A stretch of DNA of 63,963 nt, counting the filler, from Thelocarpon superellum (Eukaryota): NCBI GenBank assembly GCA_026025795.1. It is 5 parts of 5 records of this genome, joined end to end, with 100 filler letters (N's around TTAATTAATTAA, not from the genome) between each part and the next. Parts side by side here need not be neighbours in the genome. Positions count along the whole stretch, not along the records: positions 28,107 to 42,040 come from JAPEUG010000444.1; positions 42,141 to 56,068 come from JAPEUG010000445.1; 3 more parts are not named here. One strand, 5' to 3'. Under the pieces are notes generated by a model. It did no database searches. It saw nothing but the letters and a program-made list of their open reading frames with translations, and was not told where the DNA came from. Shown here in pieces: positions 35,106 to 46,776 of the stretch. The number at the start of each line of letters is the position of its first letter. Position 1 is the stretch's first letter. The position numbers and the translations under genes were made by a program.

Positions 35106-35779
35106 TTGATCGGAGCATCACGGTGTCGGCGTCAAGTGCATCGAGTGGCCCAACCCCACTATGACGACTGGCGAGCCCGGGAGCGAGCTTCATGCTCTGG
35201 AGACCTTCGTGACCGTTGGCTCTACGGGGCCCTTTCCCTCTGTAACCACCCCAGATTCACCACTTCCGAGTGGGCGGGAGCAAGCCGACCGGGGCGACCG
35301 GGGCGACCGGGCCAATTGCAAGGCGATGGAAGCTCGGGAACTGCGTTCTTACGGCGAGGTCCCGTTACCCGTGCACCACCGACTGTTGCCGAGCTCTACG
35401 CATGCGGACTTTCACATGCCAGTTGTCTCGCGCCAGTCGAGAGACCAACGTTATTACAACGTTATTACCGATGCAGAGGCCAGCGGAACAACGCGTGTGG
35501 TTTTGCCGAACGATGCAACACCGGCTCACCGTAGTGGAAAGTCAGGCATGACAGCGTCGTGAGATCGAGATTTCCATGCGATGCCGGTCAAAGTCGATGG
35601 TATCAATATTCAATGGCAATGCGTCACTAGCAGTGGAATGTGGAGTTGGTTCAACTTGACTTAGTCAGCTGCTCCACTGTCACAATCTGTCCCCGCCTCC
35701 TTGCGAGACCTACCAATGTGTCTCCCCTTTCACCGGGTTCAGCACCTGTAACGCTGGCATCTACAGCATCTCAGACATC

Positions 35780-37031
35780 ATGGCCTCCAACATCAATCTC
35801 ACGGGCGAAATCACAGATTTCATTCTCTTGAACTTGCCTGCATACTGGGAGAAGACTGCCAGCGACGCTGCCTCCAGTGGCCCGCCACCCTTCGTGCTGG
35901 GAGTGAGCGGCATCCAGGGCTCAGGGAAGACCCATCTGGTGCATCGAGAAGAGAGCCCGATGATGAGATGCGATGTAATGACTGATGGCACGAATAGGCC
36001 GCACGTATCGAGGAAATAGTGAAGCAACCTCCTTTCAATATGAAGCCCGTCGTCCTCTCGATAGACGATCTGTACAAGACGTATGCCGAACAGAAGGCGC
36101 TGGCAGCATCACATCCCACCAACCCCCTCCTTCAGCACCGTGGACAGCCCGGGACGCATGATCTTGAGCTAGGAGCCGCCATTTTTGACTCACTGTTTCA
36201 CCATCGCCCCACGCGGATTCCATCGTATGACAAGTCCGCCCGCGACGGCCAAGGAGACCGCACTGATCCCGGGACCTGGACCGTCGCACGCACCCTGCCG
36301 ACGGAAGAGTACTTTGCTGCCCTTAGCACAACGCCTAGTCCGATGAGTCTGGATGATAGACCGGTGGACATGATCATTTTCGAAGGCTGGTGTGTCGGGT
36401 TTCGAGCCCTGGCCCCGGTGGACCTCGAAAGGCTCTGGGCAGCGTCCCGGGCGAAGCAGAGCCCGACCTCGAAACTCTGGCGACATGACCTCAAGGACCT
36501 GGAGCTCATCAATAATAGTCTACTGGCATACGATGTCCTGACGGAGTAAGTGAGCACAGTCCCGCGTGGCCGGACTTAGCTGACGCCGGTGATAGCAAGC
36601 TCGACGCCTTGATCCACCTGTTTGTTCACCTCTTCCGATCGGTGGGGACTTTTGGGTCGCAAGACGCTGATCTCTGTTTCAGTGACGCTAAAGACACACA
36701 AAATGTGTACGATTGGCGTCTGGAGCAGGAAGCCGCACTCAGACAGAGGAGAGGAGCAGGAATGACCGATGAACAAGTCCGAGCCTTTGTCGACGGATGT
36801 AGGTTCAGTCTTTCTAAGCCCCCTCTCCTCAGGTTCCTCTAGCAAAAGGCTGAAGCCATCTCAGACTACCCAGCCTACGAGCTTTACCTCGAGCCGCTCC
36901 GACAGGGTGGAGCGTTTCAAAGAGGAGGGCATGGCGACGATCATGGGCAATCTGCGCTCAACCTTCCAAGCAAGCAGTTGCGCATCTTGATTGATCAGCA
37001 CCGAAAGCCGATCCGTGTGAAGCCGATCTGA
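35780..37031 (+). CDS. TDA10: P-loop kinase, D-glycerate 3-kinase / Tda10-like
   Basis: GVSGIQGSGKT (Walker A), LSIDDLY, NPLLQHRGQPGTHD, IPSYDKS, IFEGWCVGF, VYDWRLEQE and YYPAYELY. Four introns. Confidence 0.92.
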
Positions 37032-37103
37032 TTTTGCTAGCTCCCCGGCGTGAAAAGCATGATCGTCGTTGCATTCGTTGAATGCTTTTGAGAAGTATAT
37101 CAT

Positions 37104-37157
37104 AGTCACGTCAAAGTTCGCACGCCGACGAGTCACGTCAAAGTTCGCACGCCGACG
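37104..37157. repeat. Exact 27-bp tandem duplication
   Basis: AGTCACGTCAAAGTTCGCACGCCGACG x2 between the convergent TDA10 and LEU1 stops. Confidence 0.9.
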
Positions 37158-37203
37158 TATCTCGCAAGTTTCGCGAGCAAATTCCACATGCTTGCAAAGC
37201 ACA

Positions 37204-39692
37204 TCACCATTCAAGCGGCTCGCCCTTGACCTCGCCACGGTTCGTCGTCGGAACGGGAACGGCCTCGACCTTGACAGGACCACCCGGGCGACCACCGCGG
37301 ACCCCTCGCTGTAGATAGCCTGTGCCATCCAGCCACGGAGTGTCGAGGGTCCGACCGATTTCGAATTTGCGGATCTTGTCCTCCATCTGCATCGTCAGGC
37401 CAATGTCATCGAGCCCGTTGATTAAGCAGTGGCGGCGGAATTCCTCGACGTCAAAGTCGGCCAGCTTGGCGCCCGAGGCGTCGCGGATCGTTTGATGCTC
37501 AAGATCCACCTCGATCTCACGTCCGGCTCGCGCTTCGGCCGCGATGGCTTCGAGGGCCGCCGGCGAGGTGACGGCGATGGGAAGCATTCCGTTCTTGAAG
37601 GTGTTGTTGAAGAAGATGTCGGCAAAGGACGGGGCAATGATGCAGGTGATGCCAAAGTCCAACAGAGCCCATGGCGCATGTTCACGAGAGCTGCCGCATC
37701 CAAAGTTGGGCCCCGTCACGACCAGGATCTTAGACTGCCGATACGGCTCCTGGTTCAGGATAAAGTCCGCTTTCTCGGACCCGTCGGCGTGGTAGCGGAG
37801 ACCGTGGAAGAGCGCGCTGCCCAGTCCAGTGCGCTTGATGGTCTTGAGAAACTGCTTGGGGATGATGGCGTCCGTATCGACATTGGATCGCTCCATCGGT
37901 GCCGCGATGCCCTTGATCTTGGTGAACTTCCGCAGACCGGTGGAGGTTGCCGCAGCCAGGGTGTTGGCATGAGGCTGAGAGTCTTCGGGAAGATCGAGGA
38001 TGCGTTCCAGGTCATCTTCCGTATCAAGATCCTCCACTTCAGGGGCGACGTCGACTTTGGGAGATGCCTTGGCCGGCGTCGTGTTTGACCCGGCGAAGTC
38101 TCTCACATCTGCCAGCTTCCCGACCACGGCGGCTGCCGCGGCCATGACCGGAGACATGAGGTGGGTACGCCCACCGGCACCTTGTCGTCCCTCAAAATTT
38201 CGGTTGCTGGTGCTGGCACATCGCTCCATGGGCGAGAGAATATCGGGGTTCATGCCGAGACACATGCTGCAGCCGGCCTCTCTCCACTCAAAGCCTGCGG
38301 TCAAAAAAACACGGTCGAGACCTTCCTCCTCCGCCTGCTTCTTAACCAGGCCCGAACCAGGCACCACCATGGCCCGTTTGATATTCGACGCAACCTTGCG
38401 ACCCTCCACCACCTTGGCGGCCGCTCGCAAGTCCTCAATCCGCGAATTAGTGCATGAGCCGATGAAGATCTTGTCGAGTGGAATGTCCTGCATCGGGATC
38501 CCTGGCACCAGGCCCATGTACTCCAGCGCTCGGCGCGCACTGGATCGCTGGGCTTCATCGGTCAAGGCGGCTGGATCAGGGACCACGCCCGTGATTGGGA
38601 CGACATCCTGCGGACTCGTTCCCCACGACACCGTCGGGATGATATCCTTTGCACTGATGAAGACTTCTTTGTCGTAAGAGGCGGTCGGGTCCGATCTGAG
38701 GCTTGACCAATATTTGAGCGCCTTTCGCCACTCGAGTGAATCGACCTGGGGCGCGAGGGGGCGACCCTTGAGATACTCAAAGGTTATGTCGTCTGGGGCG
38801 ATCATACCGGCGCGGGCACCAGCTTCGATGGACATGTTGCAGATGGACATGCGGGCCTCCATACTCAAGCTGGTGATGGCAGAGCCACAAAATTCGATGA
38901 CCGCTCCTGTGCCGCCGGCGGTGCCAATGACGCCAATGGCATGCAGAATGATGTCCTTGGAGCTGACGCCTGGAGGCAGCACGCCGTCCACTTGGATGCG
39001 CATGTTCTTGCTCCGCTTGGTGATGAGCGTCTGGGTGGCCAGGACATGCTCGACTTCACTGGTGCCAATGCCGAACGCCAAGGAGCCGAAGGCACCATGG
39101 GTCGAGGTGTGGCTGTCGCCGCATACGACCGTCGTGCCGGGCAGAGTGAAGCCTTGCTCGGGGCCGATGATGTGCACGATACCTTGCCGCTTGTCTCCAA
39201 GACCGAAGTAGGTCAGGCCAAATTCTTTGACATTGTCCTCGAGGGTCAAGCATTGGAGTCGCGAGTCGGCCTCTTCCACAAAAGATCCGACGTCTTTGAA
39301 GTTCTTCCGTGGTGTCGTAGGGATATTCTACTTGACATGTCAACAAGGAACAGGCAGTGCAGGAAGTGTGGACCAACGTGATCGGTGGTGGCCAGCGTGC
39401 AGTCGGGTCGTCGCACTCGGCGCTTTGCATTTCGAAGCCCTTCGAACGCTTGCTGCGAGTGTCTTAGCTCAGATATCACAGCCAATCGGGGACCTCAGTA
39501 ACGTACCGGTGAGGTGACCTCGTGCACGAGATGCCGATCTGGTTGTGTGGTTAGCGACTGAATTTCTCCCACAGAAGAGTATGAGAGCATACCGATGTAC
39601 AACAAGATGGTGCCATCGGGCTTCTCATCGACAACGTGATCCTGGAAGACCTTATCGTACAGCGTCTGCGGCTTTTTCTCCACCGAAGGCAT
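37204..39692 (-). CDS. LEU1: 3-isopropylmalate dehydratase (fused large and small subunit)
   Basis: [83 protein letters not shown] and [11 protein letters not shown]. Confidence 0.99.
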
Positions 39693-39872
39693 CTTGGAAA
39701 AGGGTAATGATGGGGAGAAGAGAAGATGTGTAGATACGAAGGCGAAAGTGGGTCTGATACGAGTGAATGATATGAGAGACGCGGACGCCTTCGAGCTTGA
39801 TGGGGGATTCAAATAGGGAGATGTCGTGCTGGGCTTGAGGAGAGCTCGCAGCTCGCAGCTCGCCCCCGCCCC

Positions 39873-39884
39873 TCCGATATCGGA
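39873..39884. promoter_or_regulatory. Leu3/LeuB binding site CCG-N4-CGG (TCCGATATCGGA)
   Basis: Perfect 12-bp palindrome about 180 bp upstream of the LEU1 ATG, matching the Zn2Cys6 Leu3 consensus. Confidence 0.75.
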
Positions 39885-40567
39885 TGTCAGCTGTTTGGCT
39901 TCGACGCTATTGGCTGTACTTCACCCCTCCCTGATTACCTAACCGCTGGCGCTGGTCGGGAAAGGCGCCGCCTGATCCGTCGTTGCTTGTTCAGACTCGA
40001 TGTCGCTGTACACGTCGACCGACATTCAGTAGATGAAATACGAAGTATTTCGTACTAAATCCAAGTCCGAAATACTTGTGCGTGACAAAGGCCTCGAGCG
40101 CTTTGCAACTAGAGGTCAAGATGTTTAGATTGTCACTAGCACCCAGATACTGAAGAGCTGAGGATCGTAGTGTTCCGTTTACCCTTCCGTGAAATGACGT
40201 AGCAGGGGCAGACCAGATGATGCTGTCCCAACGCTCATGTCTTGCATCCGTCAGAAGGTGAACGCGGCCGGAAGTGACCCGACCAATTTCTCAAGCTTTG
40301 GGTAATACCTTTCTTTTGCCTTGCTGGCCGGAGGGGAATCTCGACTGTCGCACAGTTCTCCGCATAAGCCAGGGACGAAGGTCCCTATCTCAGGCTGTAG
40401 GCCTCATCCGCGGCTACGGCTAGTGGCATGTCTACTCGGTGAGGCAGCCTTTCGGCGTTGCCTCGTCCCAGTCCTCGTCGCCTTTGATAGCGGCAGGATA
40501 TCGGTGGCCATGCAGTGATTCGTCCTCGAAGGTCACGCTGTGGGTAACGACCGCGTCAAATCTAACG

Positions 40568-42040
40568 ATGGTGAAGAGGAAACGCAAGGAACCAGAGCGG
40601 TCTACGACTACAGAGGTAGATCAGTCAACGAGCGGCGGTGTAGCAGAGCCCCATCCACTTACCTCGCCTTCTGCCAGCACCACTACATCAATAGTCCCCA
40701 CTAAAGTGCACGACGGAGGCAAGAAGCCCAGGCGGCCATCGACAGCCCACAGCAAGAAGACTCCGTCTTTCAAGCGCGCGTCCTCGTCTACATCGCTCGT
40801 AACGTCGGACGTGCCTTGGCCGCCACATTTCACTCGACTATCACATACCCACCGGGCCTTGAACATTGTCTTCACCTTCTGCTGCACTCGCAAGCACTTT
40901 GCCACCACCTTCGACAACATCAAGAGTGCGGTGGAGACCCACATCAAACGCGAGCTGATATTGGAGGACGTTGCCCAGATCAAAGCCTTGATCCCCAGAG
41001 CCATCAACTTTGACTATGTCGACGAGGCCATGCTACAGGTCCACGTCCTGGGTGCGCAAGACGGGATCAAGAATGGACGGGCCGAAGAATTCCGCGTCGT
41101 GGATCCGCCCACGGAGCAGCCAGAGGGCGGACACCGCTCGGGGCGAGATGTCTTGTTGTTCGAGTTTATCGATGGGGATCTCAAGCGACAGGTGCAGCAT
41201 GCAAAGACGGGCGAACCCACCAAGATCTTCCGCCGCCTACGGGACGAGGACTTGAAGATGCCCGTCTTCTCACAAAAGCAAATGACAACGCTCATTAGCA
41301 AGAGAAACGCCAAGATGACCTCGGCCATCAACGCCTTCCTCAACCAATGCACCGAGGATCACGTCGATCCCGTGGAGGAGATCCTCCGTCAAATGGAGCC
41401 GTGCATCCCCGTTGTCCCGAGCTCTCGAGGTACAACGCCCGTGCCAACGGGAAGGGCTGCGTCCAGTCTCCCACCGACGATCCCCACGGAGCGGAAGTCG
41501 ATCCCGGAGATCCTTGCCGAGATCAAGTCGATCGATTGGTACACGGGACAGATCGTGCCGGATGGTCACCGCGTGTTTGATCCGCAACCTCCGATCTACG
41601 GAGATCTGAGCTTTCAGCTCTCTCAGAATCTAGTCAACGCCCTGTACAACACTCGAAACATCACTCAGCTGTACTCGCATCAAGCTGAGGCCATCAACCA
41701 CCTCTACGAGGGTCATCACGTCATTGTGGCCACGTCGACCAGCTCGGGAAAGTCGTTGATCTACCAGATTCCCGTCCTGCACGCGCTGGAGCGGGACAAG
41801 GACACCCGCGCCATGTACATCTTCCCCACCAAGGCGTTGGCTCAGGATCAAAAGAGGAGCTTAAAAGAACTAATCCGTTTGATGCCGGGCTTGGAATCGA
41901 CGATTGTCGAAACCTTTGATGGCGACACGCCCATGGCCGATCGGACCTTGATCCGCGATGAGGCACGCATCATCTTTACCAATCCTGACATGCTGCACAT
42001 CACCATTCTTCCCCAAGAAGAGTCGTGGCGATCCTTTCTG
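40568..42040 (+). CDS. HRQ1: RecQ4-like DEAD/DEAH helicase Hrq1, 3'-truncated
   Basis: HRALNIVFTFCCTRKH N-terminal domain, LYSHQAEAI, TSTSSGKSLIYQIP, YIFPTKALAQDQ, TFDGDTP and IFTNPDMLH. Confidence 0.93.
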
Positions 42041-42140
42041 NNNNNNNNNNNNNNNNNNNNNNNNNNNNNNNNNNNNNNNNNNNNTTAATTAATTAANNNN
42101 NNNNNNNNNNNNNNNNNNNNNNNNNNNNNNNNNNNNNNNN
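42041..42140. other. Artificial contig spacer
   Basis: N44-TTAATTAATTAA-N44. Confidence 0.98.
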
Positions 42141-43601
42141 TCGCCAGTCAGCATCCGAGCCACGGGCGATGAGAAGAGGAGCGGAATGTACCGGAATATT
42201 GAAGATGCCCTGCCACGCCGGACCTGACGCGGCCGGGTTGGCGAGGCCTGTCGACAAGGCGTCCAGCGCGTTGTCATGCAGCGTCTGGTAGGTATACGCA
42301 TACTCGGCGACGTTGTAGGCATCAAGCGATGAGTTGATCACATCCTGCCGCCGTCAGCCGCAGTCACGCAAGCAGGAAAGGAGAGTAGGCGTACCTGGAC
42401 CGTGATTCCCGCATACTCGCCGGTGCCGAGCTGATCCGCACCCGGCGGGCCGTCGACCCACCCCCATTGGTAGTGGGTCAAGGTCCAGTGGTGATCCTCG
42501 TCCCAAAAGTAGAGATACCAGGCCTTGCCATCGCGACAGACCTTGTTCGCTTGCGGACCCGTCCCGAGACCCGAGGAGTCGTCGCAGGCGCCCCCACCCA
42601 TGATGTAGACCTTTTGCTGCCGCCAGAGCCGGTTGATGGCCGCTCCGGTGAGCATGGCGTTCATGCTGTTGGTCGTCGCGACCTTGTCAATGCCTTCGAA
42701 GGCGACATAGGATCCGTTTTGAATGAAGGTACGGATGTCTCCGGCCCCTTCAAAGCTGTTGCCGCCCATGAGGACATTGTTGCCCGTCACCATGTCCTTG
42801 ATCGATGCCATGAAGAGCTGGGACAAGGCGGCGCCTACGTCGGCGGCCTTCTGAAAGGTGTCGTCTTGCCTATGACGTCTCCATCAGCCAGATGTCTGCC
42901 GCGGACGTGGAACACGAGACCAACCCTTGTTTGATATGAGCCGTGGCGGCGCTGCCGGCGGCGGTAAAGATGGCCCGGGTCGCGCCCAGGGCGGCCTGCT
43001 CAATCAAGGTCACGGCAAAGGGACCGGCAGCAGCCGCGGCAATACCGACCAAGGTTTCGAGCACGCCAATGAGCTCTTTCAAGCCCGACATGTCGATCGC
43101 GCCTTTGTACGTGTAGAAGGTTTCGGTCCAGCTGTCCGTGGCCAGGGCGGCGCCGATGGCACTGGTCTCGAGCGATTGGGAGAGACCAGCGAAGTAGCTG
43201 TGCAGGCGGTTGGTGGATTCCAGCACGTAGTAGGCCGGTGCCATGTCGGCTCCGGCATTGTTGAGCGCCGCCACGCCACACGGATCGAGATCACAGTCGC
43301 TGCCGGACCCGTCATCTCGACACGTCCAGTCAGGGTTGCCCAGAAACTGTCGCCCAAATTCGGCGGCAAAGCCTCCGTCCGTGTTGTTGAACGTCCCTTC
43401 ATTGATCGCCCACCAGGCATCAAGCCACGGGCCGGTGTTGGCTGTGTTCCACGCCTCGACGGATTGATTGAACAAGCTGGCCACCGGCCCACATCCAGAG
43501 CCACTCCAGGGCGGTGTCGGGGGAGGACTTGGATCGGTGGGCAGGGAATGGGCCCAGGTCACGAGTGACGCCAGCGCCAGGCTCAATGGGAGACGAGACA
43601 T
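42141..43601 (-). CDS. Secreted Cys-containing protein of unknown function, 3'-truncated
   Basis: Signal peptide MSRLPLSLALASLVTWAHS-LP. Three spliced exons (ORF pieces 42870-43601, 42338-42826, 42093-42341) with coding-like composition. Confidence 0.82.
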
Positions 43602-46319
43602 GCTGGATGAGCGGGTTGGGGCCGACAGAAGTGGTCCCCACGGAACACACGGTGGCGATGAGGAACTCGGACGACCACATCGTGCCTCATGGGGGGAATG
43701 GAGCATGTATTTATGTCCACGGCCATCTCAGCGCCCTTCTTCACTGCCACATGGTCGTCTTCCCGCTCCTCCGTGTCCCGCACCCGCCTTGCAGTGGGAA
43801 GAACCATCTCTCATCGCCGATGTCGCATCACTTGGCCGGTGGCTCGCCCAGTACAGGAAGGGTCAGTATCGTGAAGCGATGGCAGACTAGAGAAAGCGAG
43901 CACGAGGCACGACGGGACCCACGAGCACGGAAAGGATTGCTGCAGGGGTGGCACGGGCAGGATGAGCGGCGGAGCGAGCGGCCGGAAGGGATTGTTTCAC
44001 AGACGGCCTGCCATGTTCGTTCAAGGAGGCGATGATCTGGCGTGCGGTCGCGGCGCGAAGCTGGGATGGCGTTGTGGGGTAGAGGTCAGTGCACCACAAT
44101 GGGCAGTTGGGACGTGCATGTGGAAGGTTGACGCCTCCACCAGCAGGGTGTCGGTGACGAGACCAGCAAGGACGTGCAGGACGTGCCGGACGTGCCGGAC
44201 GAGCAGGGCGTCCACGCCGCGCTCGTCTATTCATCTACTCGTCTACTTGGCCAGTTGACGTGGGCTCCTGCTCCATGGGTGCGCTCGCCTCGTCGTCGGC
44301 GGATCTTTTGGTGGCGCGTGCGGCATCCTCTTCTCGCTGACGAAAGGCCCAGGGTGGGCACGACGGGTCCTGGACACGAAGCGAAGGTCAGATCCGCGCC
44401 TCTTTAGGTCGTCCACGATGCCCGTCGGGCATGTGAGAGGGCGGAGGGCAGAGGGCGAAGGGCATTGCGCCTGGTACTTTTATTTCGTGCCCCACCGCTC
44501 ATCGAGATACGAGAGCGAAGCATAAAGGCTGCATCATGGCTATGATACGGGATCCCATCATCTGATGCTGCTCAGAGTTGAGCCGAAGAGGGGTCGAAGG
44601 TGGCCAAGGTAAGGTCCCGCACCGACCTGCCTCGCTGCGCTGGCGTCTCCGAGACGAGTGGCTCGTTATTGGGCACGTGCACTCGGGCTCAAGCGCGGAC
44701 AGGATGCGTTTGGGTGCGGGCAGGGCTCGGAAACGAGGCAGCCAAGCTGCTCGGCTAGCTCGCCGAACAGCCGCGTAGCGTAGGACCTCGCACCTTCTCC
44801 TTCACCCTCCTGCCCCGTCGTGCTCCGCTCGATGGAACGCCGGTAAGCTCTGATCTGGTGCTTCGGCGCGACTAGTCCACGGGTGGTGGGATGCGTCATT
44901 GGGGGATCCCTCGAAGCACATGTGTTGCCCAGGTCGAGCAGCACGCGTCCATGCACGTCTGTGGCGTGCTCTGGCGAGAGCACGGACAGCCTCAAGGCCC
45001 TGTTCTGCCACGCTGGCGCCCACCCGGCTATGCTTGATCGTTATCGCTGGAAAGCTTGACCCATCTGGACGAGCCTCGTCCGATAGAGTCGGTTATCGCG
45101 CCATCTGGCTGTCCTATTTCTGTCTTCCCATCTCTGTCGACAGCCAGGCTCGCGAGTCTATCACCAGCAAGCTCTGCAGTAGTCGTCGTCGTAGCCGTCG
45201 TTCTAGGCCTCGTCCTACTCTCCTCCGGCCGTGACCGGAGGGCGGTACGGTAATGCTGACTGAGCCACCCACTGTCGCCTGCTCCATAGGGCGCACCCTG
45301 CGGCCATGGCGCGGAACCCGGCCACGAGACCAGCTTCCGCGATTCTTGTCTCCGGTGCGCAGGGCTACATCCATCTCCTGGCCGACGGCCATCACCGTCC
45401 TCAGATCCTCCCGCCAGCCGAAGGAGGGAGGTGAACATCGGATACTGTGGCCGATATCAAGGCCTGGTCTTGACCTGGCTATCTTTCATCCGCTAAATGG
45501 TGCCTCAGGACCTCAGAGCAGCCTGTCTTGATACCCTGCCGGCTGATCCTCGCAAGCGCCACCCCGGCTGAGCCTCTGTCATTCTGTGCGCCAAAACAAC
45601 AACATCCCCTTCTGCCTGCCGTACTTCCGGTAGACCGAGAGAATCGGACGGCGTCCGCGGCCAATGTCGGGACCGGCACCGGAGATACGGCGGAAGAGCA
45701 CCATCACCAGTCTCGGGCTGCTGGAGTGCCAGGCCTTGGGTTGCGTATTTGCTATTCACCATCCACTGCTGGCCCGTGAAGTACACCATCTCTCATTTGC
45801 AGGGTTTCTTGTCGATGTCAGCGTCGCGACATATGTCGTGGCGGAGGTTCGATGGAGCTTCTCTCCCGATCCTTGCGGATCCAAGTGCACAAATGATAGG
45901 ATGCATCTTTCTGGCTTCGCCATGGCAGCGAAGGAGGTGAAGCTGGCGGAAGTGTTTCATACTCTTCTCCGTCAGCGGGCAGTCTCGGCTCGCACTGCGC
46001 CGTGAGAGTCACGTGGGCCATGGACGCTGACGGGGCTGATTCGGGGGGCTGATTCGGGGGGCAGACGCGGTGGGTTAGTCACGTATCATGGGCCGACGTG
46101 GTTTAAGCGCAAAGCTGCATGGCGAACACGAGCACGTGGTCCATAGAGTTGTAGTTGGTGGTCTGGATTGAACTGCCAGCACCGTATCCGGGGATGTCTT
46201 ATTCATAATGTACGCGTAAAGTAGGAACTCATACCGCAACGCGTGTTTGTCGTACGCGCCACCATTTTCCAGTTGGGACGTGAAAGACAAAGATGGGGGT
46301 TTTCATCCATATTCAAGCT

Positions 46320-46370
46320 TGTCATGATTTCAATGTCATGATTTCATTGTCATGATGTCATTGTCATGAT
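46320..46370. repeat. 14-bp tandem repeat (TGTCATGATTTCAT-like) x3.6
   Basis: tgtcatgatttcaa/tgtcatgatttcat/tgtcatgatgtcat/tgtcatgat. Confidence 0.85.
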
Positions 46371-46776
46371 CTATCGTCCAAGCATGTAGATGTCGCTCTT
46401 GAAACGCTCCCAGGGTAATGCCGCCAGCAGTCGTCTAATCGGATCACTGCAGAAGCGGAGGCCAACCACAGATGCCCCGCGCGACTCGCTCGCTTCAGCT
46501 ATGGGAGGCCCCCCCCATCACATGCCAAGGTCCCACGCCTGTCTATTGCCCAACCGGCTCTCCCGGACAAACTCTGACCGGCCATGGACTACGACCCATC
46601 CCATCCAACACAAGCCCTAGCGTTCCATATCAGGTGATGCAATTCTTCGAGGCTCAATCCTGCATCTTCGATGCTCCGTCCGCCATGGCTGCGTCAAGCT
46701 GCTTGGCATTTGCGAGCGTCTACCCGTAGGATCGCAAGTTTCCTCTTCGGCCAAGCGACCCAGCTTGATCGCCACC

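Noticed and set aside
35939..35997. C-box-like ATGATGA and D-box-like CTGA in TDA10 intron 1 as a possible snoRNA
   Set aside because: The boxes are only about 15 nt apart in a 59-nt intron, and CTGA is part of the branch site.
40568..43601. Apparent clustering of HRQ1 with the secreted protein, or of the amidoligase with SEH1
   Set aside because: Each pair is separated by an artificial contig spacer, so the adjacency is not real.
46320..46370. Short repeat arrays as a CRISPR-like structure
   Set aside because: There are no unique spacers and no cas genes, and the context is eukaryotic.
44603..46755. Several GCCARG (PacC-like) hexamers upstream of the Na+/H+ antiporter
   Set aside because: Their number is compatible with chance in GC-rich DNA of this length.
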